In this document: in pieces, positions 42,772 to 53,352 of the stretch | Numbering within the stretch: the stretch's first letter is position 1 | How the letters are laid out: each line of letters starts with the position of its first letter | Origin: a bacterium | GTDB lineage: Bacteria > Acidobacteriota > Blastocatellia > HR10 | Assembly (NCBI GenBank): GCA_041640655.1 | Contig: JBEPZV010000006.1 | Span: forward strand, 23,000 to 86,999 | Reading direction: 5' to 3' | Length of the DNA stretch: 64,000 nucleotides | Notes under the pieces: model-generated | Told to the model about the DNA's origin: nothing | The model's input: the letters and a program-made list of their open reading frames with translations, nothing else | Database searches by the model: none | Made by a program: the position numbers and the translations under genes

Positions 42772-43800
42772 ATGGAAGAGACGTTGACCCCCGAGCAACT
42801 GCTGGACATGTACTACTACATGAAACTGACCCGCCTGGTAGAGGAGCGTCTGCAACGCCTCTACCGACAGGGGAAGATCGTCGGTGGTCTCTATCGCAGC
42901 CTTGGGCAGGAGGGCGAGTCCGTCGCCAGCGCCTACGCGCTGGAGGAGGGGGACTTTCTGGCCGTCATGATCCGAAACCTCGGCGCGCTCTTTGTGCGCG
43001 GCGTCCGCCCGTGGGAGATCTTCACGCAATACATGGGCAAGGGGACGAGCCCCACGCGCGGCAAGGACAATATCGTCCACTTCGGGAGCGTGGAGCGCGG
43101 CATCATCCCCCCGATCAGTCATCTTGGTGATCTCATCCCGGTGATGGCCGGAATCGCCCTGGCCTCGAAGATGCAACGAAAGCGATCAGTGGCGCTCACC
43201 TATATCGGCGATGGAGGGACCAGTACGGGAGCTTTCCACGAGGGCTTGAATTTCGCCGCCGTCCTCAAGCTGCCCTTGGTCGTCATCGCCGAGGACAACG
43301 GCTATGCGTACTCCACACCCAAGCACAAGCAGATGGCTATCGAGAATATCGCCGATCGCGCCATCGGATACGGGATCTTCGGGGAGACTGTGGATGGCAA
43401 CGACGTCATCGCCGTGTATCAGGCCACCCGCCGCGCCATTCGCCGGGCCCGCGAAGGGCTGGGGCCCACGCTGCTCGAAGTCAAAACCTTCCGCATGCGC
43501 GGTCACGCCGAGCACGATGACGCATGGTACGTCCCGCGTGAGCTGCTCGAATACTGGCAGCAGCGAGATCCGATCCTCCGGCTGGAGACCTATCTGAAAG
43601 AGCACGGACTGGCCGATGAGACCACATTCGAAGCGATCACCCGTCGCATCGAGCAAGAGATCGAGGCCGATCTCCGATACGCTGAAGAATCGCCAATGCC
43701 CGATCCGCAGATCGCCCTGGAAGGCGTCTATGCTGAGCCCCCTTCACCGCAGGAGATCCCTTCGATCTCCCGCGAATCGGAGGTGAAAGCCCGATCCTAG
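42772..43800 (+). CDS. 2-oxoacid dehydrogenase E1 alpha
   Basis: GQEG, TPP motif GDGGTSTGAFHEGLN..DNGYAYST, FRMRGHAEHD. Confidence 0.92.
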   Translation: MEETLTPEQLLDMYYYMKLTRLVEERLQRLYRQGKIVGGLYRSLGQEGESVASAYALEEGDFLAVMIRNLGALFVRGVRPWEIFTQYMGKGTSPTRGKDNIVHFGSVERGIIPPISHLGDLIPVMAGIALASKMQRKRSVALTYIGDGGTSTGAFHEGLNFAAVLKLPLVVIAEDNGYAYSTPKHKQMAIENIADRAIGYGIFGETVDGNDVIAVYQATRRAIRRAREGLGPTLLEVKTFRMRGHAEHDDAWYVPRELLEYWQQRDPILRLETYLKEHGLADETTFEAITRRIEQEIEADLRYAEESPMPDPQIALEGVYAEPPSPQEIPSISRESEVKARS

Positions 43801-43815
43801 GAGGCGCATTCGCGT

Positions 43816-44790
43816 ATGCCCGTGCTGACCTATCTGGAAGCCATCCGTCAGGGACTCTGGGAAGAGATGGAGCGCGACGAGCGCGTCTTCCTTCTTGGCG
43901 AAGACATCGGCGTCTATGGGGGCGCCTTCAAAGTCACCGAGGGGTTCCTGGAGCGCTTCGGTGAGGAGCGCGTCATTGATACGCCGATTTCGGAGGCGGC
44001 CATCGTGGGCGCGGCTATCGGTGCCGCCCTCGTGGGCCTGCGCCCGGTCGCCGAGATGCAGTTCATTGATTTCATCTCCATCGCCTTCGATCAGCTCACG
44101 AACTTCGCCGCCAAGTGCCGATACCGATGGGGGGCGGCCGTCCCCATCGTCGTGCGCGGCCCCTGTGGAGGCGGCGTGCATGGCGGCCCTTTCCACTCGC
44201 AGAACGTCGAGGCCTACTTCTTCCACACGCCCGGGCTGAAGATCGTGGAGCCGGCCACGCCCTACGACGCCAAGGGACTGATCAAAGCGGCGATTCGAGA
44301 CGACGATCCCGTGCTCTATTTCGAACACAAGTATCTCTACCGCCGCATCAGAGGAGAGGTCCCCGAGGGCGACTATATCGTCCCCATCGGAAAGGCGGAT
44401 GTGAAGCGTCCAGGTCGCGACGTCACCATCCTGACCTATGGATGGATGCTTCATAAGTCGCTCGAAGCCGCGGAGATCGTCGCCTCCGAAGGCATCGAGG
44501 TCGAGGTCGTGGATCTGCGCACGCTCCTGCCTTTGGACGATGAGACGATCCTCAGCTCAGTCGCCAAGACCGGTCGCGCCGTCATCGTCCACGAGGACAC
44601 GCGCACGGGGGGGATCGCCGGGGAGATCGCCATGCGCATCAACGAGCGGATCTTCGAGTATCTGGAAGCGCCCGTTGTGCGCGTCACGGCTCCGGACACG
44701 CCAATCCCCTTCAGTCCCCCCCTGGAGGAGTTCTTCCTCCCCCAAGTTGAGGAGATCGTACAGGCTGTCCGATGGGTCGCCAATTACTGA
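43816..44790 (+). CDS. 2-oxoacid dehydrogenase E1 beta
   Basis: GEDIGVYGGAF, DTPISE, EMQFIDF, GPFHSQ, VDLRTLLPLD. Confidence 0.93.
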   Translation: MPVLTYLEAIRQGLWEEMERDERVFLLGEDIGVYGGAFKVTEGFLERFGEERVIDTPISEAAIVGAAIGAALVGLRPVAEMQFIDFISIAFDQLTNFAAKCRYRWGAAVPIVVRGPCGGGVHGGPFHSQNVEAYFFHTPGLKIVEPATPYDAKGLIKAAIRDDDPVLYFEHKYLYRRIRGEVPEGDYIVPIGKADVKRPGRDVTILTYGWMLHKSLEAAEIVASEGIEVEVVDLRTLLPLDDETILSSVAKTGRAVIVHEDTRTGGIAGEIAMRINERIFEYLEAPVVRVTAPDTPIPFSPPLEEFFLPQVEEIVQAVRWVANY

Positions 44791-44838
44791 AAGGAGAGAC
44801 TTGCGGGAGCGCGCCCGCGCGCTCCGAAGGAGGTGTCC

Positions 44839-46233
44839 ATGAAAGTCGAAGTCATCATGCCGCAGATGGGTGAGAGCATCGCCGAAGGGACTGTCACGAA
44901 ATGGCTCAAGAAGCCGGGCGATCGCGTCCGCCGCGATGAGCCGCTCTTTGAGATCTCCACCGACAAGGTGGACGCCGAGATCCCTTCTCCGGCCGAGGGC
45001 GTCCTCGCCGAGATCCTCGTTCAAGAGGGTGAGACGGTTCCTATTCAAACCGTCGTCGCTCGCATTGAGACGGATCAAGAGGCCGTCGAATCCACGCCGC
45101 GCGAGACGAAAGCGCATATCGCCCAGGCGGAGGAAGCGACCGCCGCGCAAGCCCCGACTCCGGAACCCATGCGCGTGGCTCCACCGCCTCCTGAAGAAGA
45201 GCCCTCCCCCATGCGCGAGGTCATCATCCCACCCCTCCCCTGGGAGAAACAGAAGAAGGAGATCCGCCTCACGATTCCGGCCGAGCGCATCGCATCCGGG
45301 CGAAAGGCCGTACGCTCATCCCCGGTCGTCGAGAAGCTGGCGCAGGAGTACGGCCTCGATCTCACGCAGATCGAGGGGACGGGACGTGGCGGGCGCGTCA
45401 CCAAACGCGACGTCTTGCGCTACCTGGAGGAGCATGCGATCACTCCAGAAGGGCAAGTGCGCCCGCAACCGGTTGAAGCCCCTCCACCGGAGAAGCCTGA
45501 GCTGGAGACCCCCCTCTATCCCCCCTATCTCCCCGGCGAGCGCGTCGAGATCGTCCCCATGAGCGTCATGCGGAAGAAGATCGCCGAGCACATGGTCTAC
45601 AGCAAGCGCGTCGCTCCCCATGTGACGACCTTCTTCGAGATTGACATGACGCGCGTCAGCCGACTGCGGGAACAACTCCAGGCGGATTTCGAGCAGCGGC
45701 ATGGCGTCAAACTCACCTACCTGCCCTTCATCATCCAGGCCTGTGTGAGCGCGCTGAAGGCCTTCCCTATCCTCAACGCTTCGATCGCAGGTGACAAGAT
45801 CGTCTACAAGAAGGACATCAACATCGGCATCGCCGTCGCCTTGGACTGGGGGCTCATCGTCCCCGTCATCAAGAACGCGGACACATTGAGCTTGGTCGGA
45901 TTGGCCAAGGCCGTTCACGACCTGGCCACGCGCGCTCGGAACAAGCACCTGAAACCGGAGGAGATCCAAGGAGGGACGTTCACGATCACCAATCCCGGTG
46001 TCTTCGGTTCGCTCTTCGGAACCCCGGTGATCAACCAACCACAGGTGGCCATCCTCGGCATCGGCCGCATCACCAAGCGTCCTGTCGTCGTCGAGGACGA
46101 TGCCATCGCCATTCGGGCAATGGCCTACTTCTCCCTCTCCTTCGATCATCGGCTCATTGATGGGGCCATAGCCGACCAATTCATGGCGCACGTGAAGCGG
46201 ACGCTGGAATCGTTCGAGCTGACGGGAATCTGA
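44839..46233 (+). CDS. Dihydrolipoamide acyltransferase E2
   Basis: One lipoyl domain (STDKVDAE), E3-binding GTGRGGRVTKRDV, catalytic FDHRLIDG. Confidence 0.93.
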   Translation: MKVEVIMPQMGESIAEGTVTKWLKKPGDRVRRDEPLFEISTDKVDAEIPSPAEGVLAEILVQEGETVPIQTVVARIETDQEAVESTPRETKAHIAQAEEATAAQAPTPEPMRVAPPPPEEEPSPMREVIIPPLPWEKQKKEIRLTIPAERIASGRKAVRSSPVVEKLAQEYGLDLTQIEGTGRGGRVTKRDVLRYLEEHAITPEGQVRPQPVEAPPPEKPELETPLYPPYLPGERVEIVPMSVMRKKIAEHMVYSKRVAPHVTTFFEIDMTRVSRLREQLQADFEQRHGVKLTYLPFIIQACVSALKAFPILNASIAGDKIVYKKDINIGIAVALDWGLIVPVIKNADTLSLVGLAKAVHDLATRARNKHLKPEEIQGGTFTITNPGVFGSLFGTPVINQPQVAILGIGRITKRPVVVEDDAIAIRAMAYFSLSFDHRLIDGAIADQFMAHVKRTLESFELTGI

Positions 46234-46235
46234 TC

Positions 46236-47519
46236 ATGCGCGCGCCGGACCGCTTGGACCTCGAAAGGGCCTCTCTCGGAGAGAGGAGGATCCGAAGAGC
46301 CGCACTCGAGAGCTCCGCCTCGGCATCGTCCGTCTGTCACGTCCGACGCCTGGGACTTGTCGAGTACGAAGACGGAGTGGAGGCCCAACGATTGTTGGCT
46401 GCGGCGCGAAAAGTCGACCTGATCCCTGACCAACTCTTGCTGCTAGAGCATCCGCACGTGGTGACGATCGGTCGGCGAACCCGCCATCTGAGCGCAGCCC
46501 TGAGCGACCACTTTCGCGTCCCCCCCGATGTGTTCGCTCACCTGGACGTGGAGGTGCGGGAAACAGATCGAGGCGGTGCCCTCACCTATCATGGGCCGGG
46601 GCAGCTCGTCATCTACCCGATCCTGAAACTGACCGGACGACGCCGCGACGTCCATCGTTACCTGCGCGATCTGGAGGAAGTCATCATCCGCACGCTCGGT
46701 GACTTCGGCATCTCGGCCGGGCGCTTCCCCGGACAGACGGGCGTGTGGGTGGGAGAGGAGAAGATCGCCTCCATCGGCGTCCACCTCTCGCAATGGGTCA
46801 CGACTCATGGCGTGGCTCTCAATGTGAACACGGACCTGCGCTTCTTCGACCTCATCGTCCCGTGCGGGTTGAACGATGTGCGTATGACCTCGATGGAGCG
46901 CGTGCTCGGATCGCCCGTCCCTCTGGATCGCGTGCAGGAGCGCGTGATCGTCCACTTCCAGGAGGTCTTCGAGCGTCATGCCCTCGAACGCCCCATTGAG
47001 GCCGAATCCGTTCAGGTGCTCCTCCGCACACCGGAGGGACGATACCTCCTCTTGAAACGCGTTGAGCACGAGGGGGGATTCTGGCAACCCGTCACTGGCC
47101 TGATCGAACCGGGCGAATCGCCGACTCAAGCGGCCATTCGGGAAGTTCGAGAGGAGACGGGCCTTGATCTCATGCACGAGGTCCCCGAGTCGAAGAGCCC
47201 CCGCGTGATCGACGACGAGGCGGCAAAGTCCTCTCCGCTGCTGGCGCTCCCCTATGTTCACGCCTTCGCGTTCTCCGAACCGCGCGATCCTCTGCCCCGT
47301 TTCATCCGCGAGTACTCCTTCCTGGCGATGGTCCCGGCCCTGGTCTCCATTCGCCTGAATCCCGCCGAGCATGAGGCCTTTCGCTTCGAAGAGGCGGCGA
47401 CGGCCCTGGCGCTCGTTCCATGGAAGGGCAACCGTCGCGCGCTGCTGCTGAGCGAGCGCCTGTGTCACGCCGACATCTCGCCGCGCGACCCGCTTCTCGC
47501 GAAGGCGCGGGGCCTATGA
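46236..47519 (+). CDS. lipB: Octanoyltransferase LipB fused to a C-terminal NUDIX domain
   Basis: LEHPHVVTIG, DRGGALTYHGPGQLVIYP, KIASIG, HGVALNV, PCG; then the Nudix box GLIEPGESPTQAAIREVREETG. Confidence 0.9.
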   Translation: MRAPDRLDLERASLGERRIRRAALESSASASSVCHVRRLGLVEYEDGVEAQRLLAAARKVDLIPDQLLLLEHPHVVTIGRRTRHLSAALSDHFRVPPDVFAHLDVEVRETDRGGALTYHGPGQLVIYPILKLTGRRRDVHRYLRDLEEVIIRTLGDFGISAGRFPGQTGVWVGEEKIASIGVHLSQWVTTHGVALNVNTDLRFFDLIVPCGLNDVRMTSMERVLGSPVPLDRVQERVIVHFQEVFERHALERPIEAESVQVLLRTPEGRYLLLKRVEHEGGFWQPVTGLIEPGESPTQAAIREVREETGLDLMHEVPESKSPRVIDDEAAKSSPLLALPYVHAFAFSEPRDPLPRFIREYSFLAMVPALVSIRLNPAEHEAFRFEEAATALALVPWKGNRRALLLSERLCHADISPRDPLLAKARGL

Positions 47520-50086
47520 GGATGCGCATCGAGCGGTACCTGCTGGTGGAGGTCATCCCCTATTTCGTCCTGGCTGCCCTCGTCTTCACCGTTCTCGTGC
47601 TCGCCAGCCAAATGGCCGAGTTCGCCGAGTTGTTCGTGAAGAAGGACGTGCCGCCGTCGCTTGTGCGGACGTTGCTGCTGGCCCTCATCCCACGAATCCT
47701 CATCCTGACGCTCCCGCTCTCGCTCCTGGTGGCCGTGATGATGGGGCTCGGACGCTGGCACGGTGATCAGGAGCTGACCGTCCTGCTGACGAGCGGCATC
47801 GGCCGACGCCGTCTCCTGGTGCCGCTCCTTCTGCTCGCTCTTCCGACGAGCGCGGTGACGCTCCGGCTGGCGGCCTTCGACATGCCGCACGCGCTTCGAC
47901 AGGTGAAGGCGATACGAGCCGAACTGATCCTGCAGGGGATTCGTCTTCAAATAAAACCCCGCGTGTTCGACGATCGGTTCGCGGGCAAGGTCCTCTACAT
48001 CGGCGAGATAGATCGGCAGAGGGATCTCTGGCAACACCTCTTCCTCGCTCTCGAAGAGCAGCCGCCCGATACGAAGACCCCGCGTGAGCTCACGCTCATC
48101 ACGGCCGCGCGAGGCCGATTGGAACTCGGCCGGACGCCCGAGAGCTCGCAGCTGCACTTGTACGAAGGGATCATTCACCAGCGCCGCCTCACGAGCGAGG
48201 GACCGCGCTACGATATCGAAGCCTTCGCGCGCACCACGATTCGCTTCGACGCGCAGTCGCGAGAAGCTGCGCGCCTGCGCACAGAGCCGGACATCGCCTC
48301 GTCTTCCGTGAAGAGTCGGATCCAAGAGATGACGCTCCCCGAACTCTGGGCGGCCCGGCGCGATCCGCTCCTTGCTCGGCGAGCCCTCACGGAATTCCAC
48401 AAGCGCTTGGCCGTGAGTTTCTCCCCCTTTGTCCTCATCCTCGTCGGCGTCGCCGTGGGGACGACCCGACGACGGGGCGGACGCAGCTATGGGTTCTGGC
48501 TCAGCATCCTGCTGGCGGCCTTGTACTATCTGCTGCTGCTGGGCGGCGAGAACATGGCGCGCGTCGGGCGGCTGCCCCCTCTGCTCGCGCTCTGGGGGGG
48601 GAATATCCTCCTCACCGGGTACAGCGTCCTGAAGCTCTCGGAGCGTTTCTCCCTGATTCGGACAATCGAGCGCGTGGCCGAACGAGCGCGGCTGATCTCG
48701 GCGACGGCTCCTCCGCTTCGCGTCCAACTGATCACCCAATGGGATCACTTGCGGGCGCGCGCCCGCTGGATCGGACAAGAGACGCTCATCCGTCTCTCTC
48801 GCCCCTTCCTCGCGCGCGCGGGCGCGTCTCGCTCCCTCGTCGTGGATGCGATGCGCGCCCTCGGCCACCTGGCGCGCGGCCGTCTTCGGATCGGAGATCG
48901 CTACATCGCCGCGCAGTTCCTCGGTCTGTATCTCACGACGCTCGTTGGCTTGTGGACGCTCTTCATCATCTTCACGGTCTTCGAGCTGTCATCTGACCTG
49001 ATCGCGAATCAGATCCCGGCCCGTTTCGTCGCCGAGTATCTCGTCTTCCTCACCCCCTCGGTGCTCAGCTACCTCGCTCCTCCCTCAGCGCTGATGGCGG
49101 CACTGGTGAGCATGAGCGTGTTGAGCAAATCCGGGGAACTCACGGCCTTTCGAGCCGCCGGGATCTCGATCTATCGCGCGTCGGTTCCCATTCTCGCGGC
49201 GAGCGCAGTCGTGGCGCTCGCCCTCGCCTTCTGGCAGGAGCGCATCGTACCAGAGGCGAACGCTCGGCAGGAACTGTTGCGCTTCTATATCAAGAAGGGG
49301 CGTTTCCCTTCGGACGCTGAACGCTCGCTGACCACCCCGGCGATCCGGTGGATGGCCTTCTGGTCAGACGCGAAAGAGACGACCGCTCGCTCCGCGGACC
49401 GCGTGGCGAAGGAATTCCCATCGCTCACGAGCGCTTCGGCCGGCCCGCGCGATCATGGGCGCTTCCCTCGGCAGATCGTCCGCCTCGCCTCTTTCGATCC
49501 GGCGACCCGTCGGGCCTGGGCTCCCGTGATCCTCGAATTCTCGCCGGAGAGGTTCCTGCTGCGCCGTCGGATCGAAGCCGAGGTCGCCCAGTGGGATGAA
49601 CGGCGCGCCGCCTGGCTCCTCCGCCGCGCCTCCGTCTGGGAATTCGATGGCGCCCACCTTCGGGCCGAGCACCACCTGGATCATCTCTGGCTCCCGGACG
49701 GGATGGACTCGGAACTTCTCGCTCGTCCTCCTCGGAAACCGGAGGCGATGACCTCGCGGGAACTCCGCGCGCACATTCGCGCACTGACGGAGTGGGGATT
49801 GGATCCGACGGATTTCAAAATCGCCTTGGAACGCCGATCGGCCAATGCGGCCGCGGTCCTCGTCATGGCGCTTTTCGGGATCCCCTTCGGCTTGACCTTC
49901 GGGCGGAAGGGTGCGCGCCACGCCATCGGTCTTGGGATCGCGATCGGTCTGCTCTATTGGCTCGCGCTCGGGTTCTTCGAGCAATTAGGGCGATACGAAT
50001 ACTTCTCGCCCCGCGCGGCGGCCTGGAGTCCCAACGGGTTGCTCTCGGCGCTCGGCCTCTACCTTCTTCTTCGGGTGCGGACGTGA
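47516..50086 (+). CDS. Fused LptF/LptG LPS export permease
   Basis: Two tandem YjgP/YjgQ units (DQELTVLLTSGI..EFHKRLA; SGELTAFRAAGIS..AAWSPN); ATGA overlap with lipB. Confidence 0.88.
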   Translation: MRMRIERYLLVEVIPYFVLAALVFTVLVLASQMAEFAELFVKKDVPPSLVRTLLLALIPRILILTLPLSLLVAVMMGLGRWHGDQELTVLLTSGIGRRRLLVPLLLLALPTSAVTLRLAAFDMPHALRQVKAIRAELILQGIRLQIKPRVFDDRFAGKVLYIGEIDRQRDLWQHLFLALEEQPPDTKTPRELTLITAARGRLELGRTPESSQLHLYEGIIHQRRLTSEGPRYDIEAFARTTIRFDAQSREAARLRTEPDIASSSVKSRIQEMTLPELWAARRDPLLARRALTEFHKRLAVSFSPFVLILVGVAVGTTRRRGGRSYGFWLSILLAALYYLLLLGGENMARVGRLPPLLALWGGNILLTGYSVLKLSERFSLIRTIERVAERARLISATAPPLRVQLITQWDHLRARARWIGQETLIRLSRPFLARAGASRSLVVDAMRALGHLARGRLRIGDRYIAAQFLGLYLTTLVGLWTLFIIFTVFELSSDLIANQIPARFVAEYLVFLTPSVLSYLAPPSALMAALVSMSVLSKSGELTAFRAAGISIYRASVPILAASAVVALALAFWQERIVPEANARQELLRFYIKKGRFPSDAERSLTTPAIRWMAFWSDAKETTARSADRVAKEFPSLTSASAGPRDHGRFPRQIVRLASFDPATRRAWAPVILEFSPERFLLRRRIEAEVAQWDERRAAWLLRRASVWEFDGAHLRAEHHLDHLWLPDGMDSELLARPPRKPEAMTSRELRAHIRALTEWGLDPTDFKIALERRSANAAAVLVMALFGIPFGLTFGRKGARHAIGLGIAIGLLYWLALGFFEQLGRYEYFSPRAAAWSPNGLLSALGLYLLLRVRT

Positions 50087-50091
50087 GGAGC

Positions 50092-50652
50092 TCACTTCAC
50101 GCGCTCGATGTATGTCCCCTCGGTCGTATCCACGCGGACGATGTCGCCCGGCTCGACAAAGGGAGGGACTTGAATGACCAGGCCGGTCTCCAGCGTGGCT
50201 GGCTTGTTGACGGCCGTCACGGTCGCCCCCTTCAGGCCAGGCTCCGTCTCGACCACGCGAAGATCCACGGTCGGAGGCAATTCGATGCCGATCGGCTTGC
50301 CCTGATAGAAGGCGACCTTGAGGCGCAGATTCGGGATGAGGTATTTCACGGCATCGCCCAGGACCTCTTCATCCAGGGCGATCTGTTCGAACGTCTCCGT
50401 GTTCATGAAGTAGTAGCTCGTCCCGTCGCTATAGAGGTACTCGAACTCCTGCTCCTCCAGGACCGCCTTCTCCACTGTATCGGTCGAGCGAAAGCGATGC
50501 TCGAACGAGATCCCCGTCCGCAAGTTCCGCAACTTCGTCTGCACCATCGCGCGCCAATTCCCCGGCGTCACATGCCGAAAGTCGAGGACCAGACACGGAT
50601 CCCCCTCGTGAACGATGATCATCCCGCGCCGAATCCGCGTCGCTTGTATCAT
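50092..50652 (-). CDS. efp: Elongation factor P
   Basis: [48 protein letters not shown]. Confidence 0.95.
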   Translation of the reverse strand: MIQATRIRRGMIIVHEGDPCLVLDFRHVTPGNWRAMVQTKLRNLRTGISFEHRFRSTDTVEKAVLEEQEFEYLYSDGTSYYFMNTETFEQIALDEEVLGDAVKYLIPNLRLKVAFYQGKPIGIELPPTVDLRVVETEPGLKGATVTAVNKPATLETGLVIQVPPFVEPGDIVRVDTTEGTYIERVK

Positions 50653-50693
50653 CGCGTGTCCTCCGGAAACGTGAACCGTCTTCGAGGCAGTTA

Positions 50694-50738
50694 AAATTAG
50701 CGTACGGCTTTGGACGTGGTCAAGACTTCCGCTATAAT
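50694..50738. promoter_or_regulatory. Overlapping divergent promoters of efp and purL
   Basis: Plus strand: TTGGAC-N17-TATAAT(50733). Minus strand: TTGACC-N18-TAATTT. Confidence 0.6.
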
Positions 50739-50778
50739 CTCGCGTTTGGAACCATCATCACCACAGGGCGCGGAGACC

Positions 50779-53010
50779 ATGAGCGAGCTCACGCCAGAGG
50801 AGTATCAACGGATCGTCGAGCACCTGGGGCGGGAGCCGAATCCTGTCGAGCTGGGGATGCTCGCGGCCATGTGGTCGGAGCACTGTTCGTACAAATCGTC
50901 GAAGCTCCATCTGCGCCGGTTGCCCACAAGGGGCGCGCGAATCCTTCAAGGGCCGGGCGAGAACGCTGGGGTCGTGGATATCGGCGACGGGTGGTGCGTC
51001 GTCTTCAAAATCGAGTCGCACAACCATCCGAGCTTCATCGAGCCGTATCAAGGGGCGGCCACGGGCGTCGGCGGGATTCTGCGCGACATCTTCACGATGG
51101 GGGCGCGCCCCATCGCCGTCCTGGACTCGCTGCGCTTTGGCCCCCTCACCGAACCGCGCAATCGCGCCATCATGGATGGTGTTGTGCGCGGCATCGCCGA
51201 CTACGGCAATTGCTTCGGGGTCCCCACTGTTGGAGGTGAGGTCTTCTTCGCCGAATGCTACTCGCGCAATCCCCTGGTGAACGCTATGGCCGTCGGCCTG
51301 GCGCGTCCCGACCATATCGTCTACGCCCGCGCGAGCGGTCCCGGCAACACCGTCCTCTATGTGGGCGCCAAGACCGGGCGCGACGGCATTCATGGCGCGC
51401 GCATGGCGTCCGCGCAGTTTGATCACTCGGCGCTCCAACACCGCCCAGCCGTTCAGGTGGGCGATCCCTTCCTGGAGAAGTTGCTGCTCGAAGCCTGTCT
51501 GGAGGCGTTGCGCACGCAGGCCATCATCGGCGTACAGGATATGGGGGCCGCTGGGCTCACTTGCGCCAGCTGCGAGATGGGCGCGCGCGCGCGAACGGGT
51601 ATCGAGCTGGATCTGGATCGCGTGCCACAGCGCGAGGTTGGCATGTCCGCCTACGAGATCCTCCTTTCGGAATCGCAGGAGCGCATGCTGCTGGTTGTCC
51701 GCGCCGGACACGAGCGGGAGGTGAAGGAGATCTTCGCCAAATGGGGTCTGGACGCCGTCGAGATCGGCCGCGTCACTGACGACGGCCGACTGCGCGTGTT
51801 CCATCACGGGCGGCTCGTGGCCGATCTCCCCACCCAATTGTTAGCCGAGGGGGCTCCGGTCTATCACCGGCCCATGCGGCGGGCGGAGACCGGAGATGAG
51901 GTGCCGTGGGGCGCGATTCATGCCTCCTCCGCTCCAGTGGAGCATCTGCTCCGTCAGATGCTGCGCTCGCCGAACCTGGCCTCGAAACAATGGGTCTATC
52001 GCCAGTACGACCACATGGTGCGCACGAACACGATTCTGCTGCCCGGCGCGGATGCCGCGGTGCTCAGGGTCAAGGAGACGCGAAAGGCGATCGCGCTGAC
52101 GCTCGATGGTAACGGGCGCTACTGCTACCTGAATCCCCGCGCGGGCGCGCGATTGGCCGTCGCCGAAGCCTGTCGTAACCTCGTCGTGACTGGAGCGGTG
52201 CCGATTGCGTGCACGAACTGTTTGAACTTCGCCTCCCCGGAGCATCCGGAAGTCATGTGGGCCTTCAGCGAAGTCATTGATGGGATGGCCGAGGCGTGCG
52301 CCATCTTCCAAACCCCGGTGACCGGGGGAAACGTGAGCTTCTATAACGAGACCGAAGGGCGGGGCATTTATCCCACGCCGGTCATCGGGATGCTCGGTGT
52401 GATCGAGGGCTTGAATTACGGAGGCACCGAGCAGAGGAATCGTCCGAGAATCTCCGTGCCCATCACCCCGTGGTTCAAGGATGAGGGGGATCTGATCGTC
52501 CTGCTCGGCCGCACGGGCGATGATCTGGGCGGGAGCGAATATCTGGCGTGGATCCACGGACTCGTCGGCGGGGACGCGCCAGCGCTGGATCTGCACATGG
52601 AACGAGCCGTCCAACAGGCGTGTCTGATGGCCATAGCGGAGGGGATCATCAAATCCGCCCACGATTGTTCCGATGGCGGCCTGATCATCGCCCTGGTTGA
52701 ATGTTGCTTCTCCAGCCACCGACGAGAGGCCATCGGCGCCGATCTCATCCTGACGACCGAAGGCGTTCGATCGCCGATCTCGCTGCTCTTCAGCGAGACG
52801 CCCTCGCGCATCGTGGTGACGATTGAGCCCGACCATCTGGCCGCTCTGGAGCGCATCGCGCAACAGTTCCACATTCCTTATGCCATCCTGGGACGCGTCG
52901 GAGGAACGCACTTCCGCGTCACGATTGATGGGAGGATGGCCATCAATGCTCCGATCCGCGAGTTGGAAACTATCTGGCAGAATGTCCTGCCCGAATACTT
53001 GGGCCCGTGA
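50779..53010 (+). CDS. purL: FGAM synthase subunit PurL (small type)
   Basis: [51 protein letters not shown]. Confidence 0.97.
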   Translation: MSELTPEEYQRIVEHLGREPNPVELGMLAAMWSEHCSYKSSKLHLRRLPTRGARILQGPGENAGVVDIGDGWCVVFKIESHNHPSFIEPYQGAATGVGGILRDIFTMGARPIAVLDSLRFGPLTEPRNRAIMDGVVRGIADYGNCFGVPTVGGEVFFAECYSRNPLVNAMAVGLARPDHIVYARASGPGNTVLYVGAKTGRDGIHGARMASAQFDHSALQHRPAVQVGDPFLEKLLLEACLEALRTQAIIGVQDMGAAGLTCASCEMGARARTGIELDLDRVPQREVGMSAYEILLSESQERMLLVVRAGHEREVKEIFAKWGLDAVEIGRVTDDGRLRVFHHGRLVADLPTQLLAEGAPVYHRPMRRAETGDEVPWGAIHASSAPVEHLLRQMLRSPNLASKQWVYRQYDHMVRTNTILLPGADAAVLRVKETRKAIALTLDGNGRYCYLNPRAGARLAVAEACRNLVVTGAVPIACTNCLNFASPEHPEVMWAFSEVIDGMAEACAIFQTPVTGGNVSFYNETEGRGIYPTPVIGMLGVIEGLNYGGTEQRNRPRISVPITPWFKDEGDLIVLLGRTGDDLGGSEYLAWIHGLVGGDAPALDLHMERAVQQACLMAIAEGIIKSAHDCSDGGLIIALVECCFSSHRREAIGADLILTTEGVRSPISLLFSETPSRIVVTIEPDHLAALERIAQQFHIPYAILGRVGGTHFRVTIDGRMAINAPIRELETIWQNVLPEYLGP

Positions 53011-53190
53011 GTCACGCATCGAAAAGACGTCCGCGATTCACCTCGGCGATTCACCCCTTCGTGACCTGCGGCCTCCTCCTCCGACGTCCCGTGTCAGAAG
53101 AGCGCGCTGCGAATGTAATGCGCCTCAAACGCCCTCGCGTGGAGTGAGCCCAGATGCTTCGCGGAGATCGTCATCGGGGGAGAAGCATGG

Positions 53191-53266
53191 TGGTGGCCAG
53201 GGACGGAATCGAACCGCCGACACAGGGATTTTCAGTCCCCTGCTCTACCGACTGAGCTACCTGGCC
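53191..53266 (-). tRNA. tRNA-Phe(GAA)
   Basis: 76 nt GGCCAGGTAGCTCAGTCGGTAGAGCAGGGGACTGAAAATCCCTGTGTCGGCGGTTCGATTCCGTCCCTGGCCACCA; complete cloverleaf, CCA encoded. Confidence 0.98.
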
Positions 53267-53278
53267 AGCAGGCGATAT

Positions 53279-53308
53279 AGCTTACTCGGAGAGGGACGGC
53301 ACTGTCAA
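53279..53308 (-). promoter_or_regulatory. Promoter of tRNA-Phe
   Basis: TTGACA-N18-TAAGCT, 12 nt upstream of the mature 5' end. Confidence 0.7.
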
Positions 53309-53352
53309 CCCGGGCAACGCGCGATGGGCCGCAGCAGGCCTTGGAGGATGAG

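Noticed and set aside
53011..53190. Integrated element at the tRNA-Phe 3' end; extra encoded CCA; GCGATTCACC direct repeat (53033, 53046)
   Set aside because: No duplicated tRNA 3' end or integrase; the short repeats are too weak to interpret.
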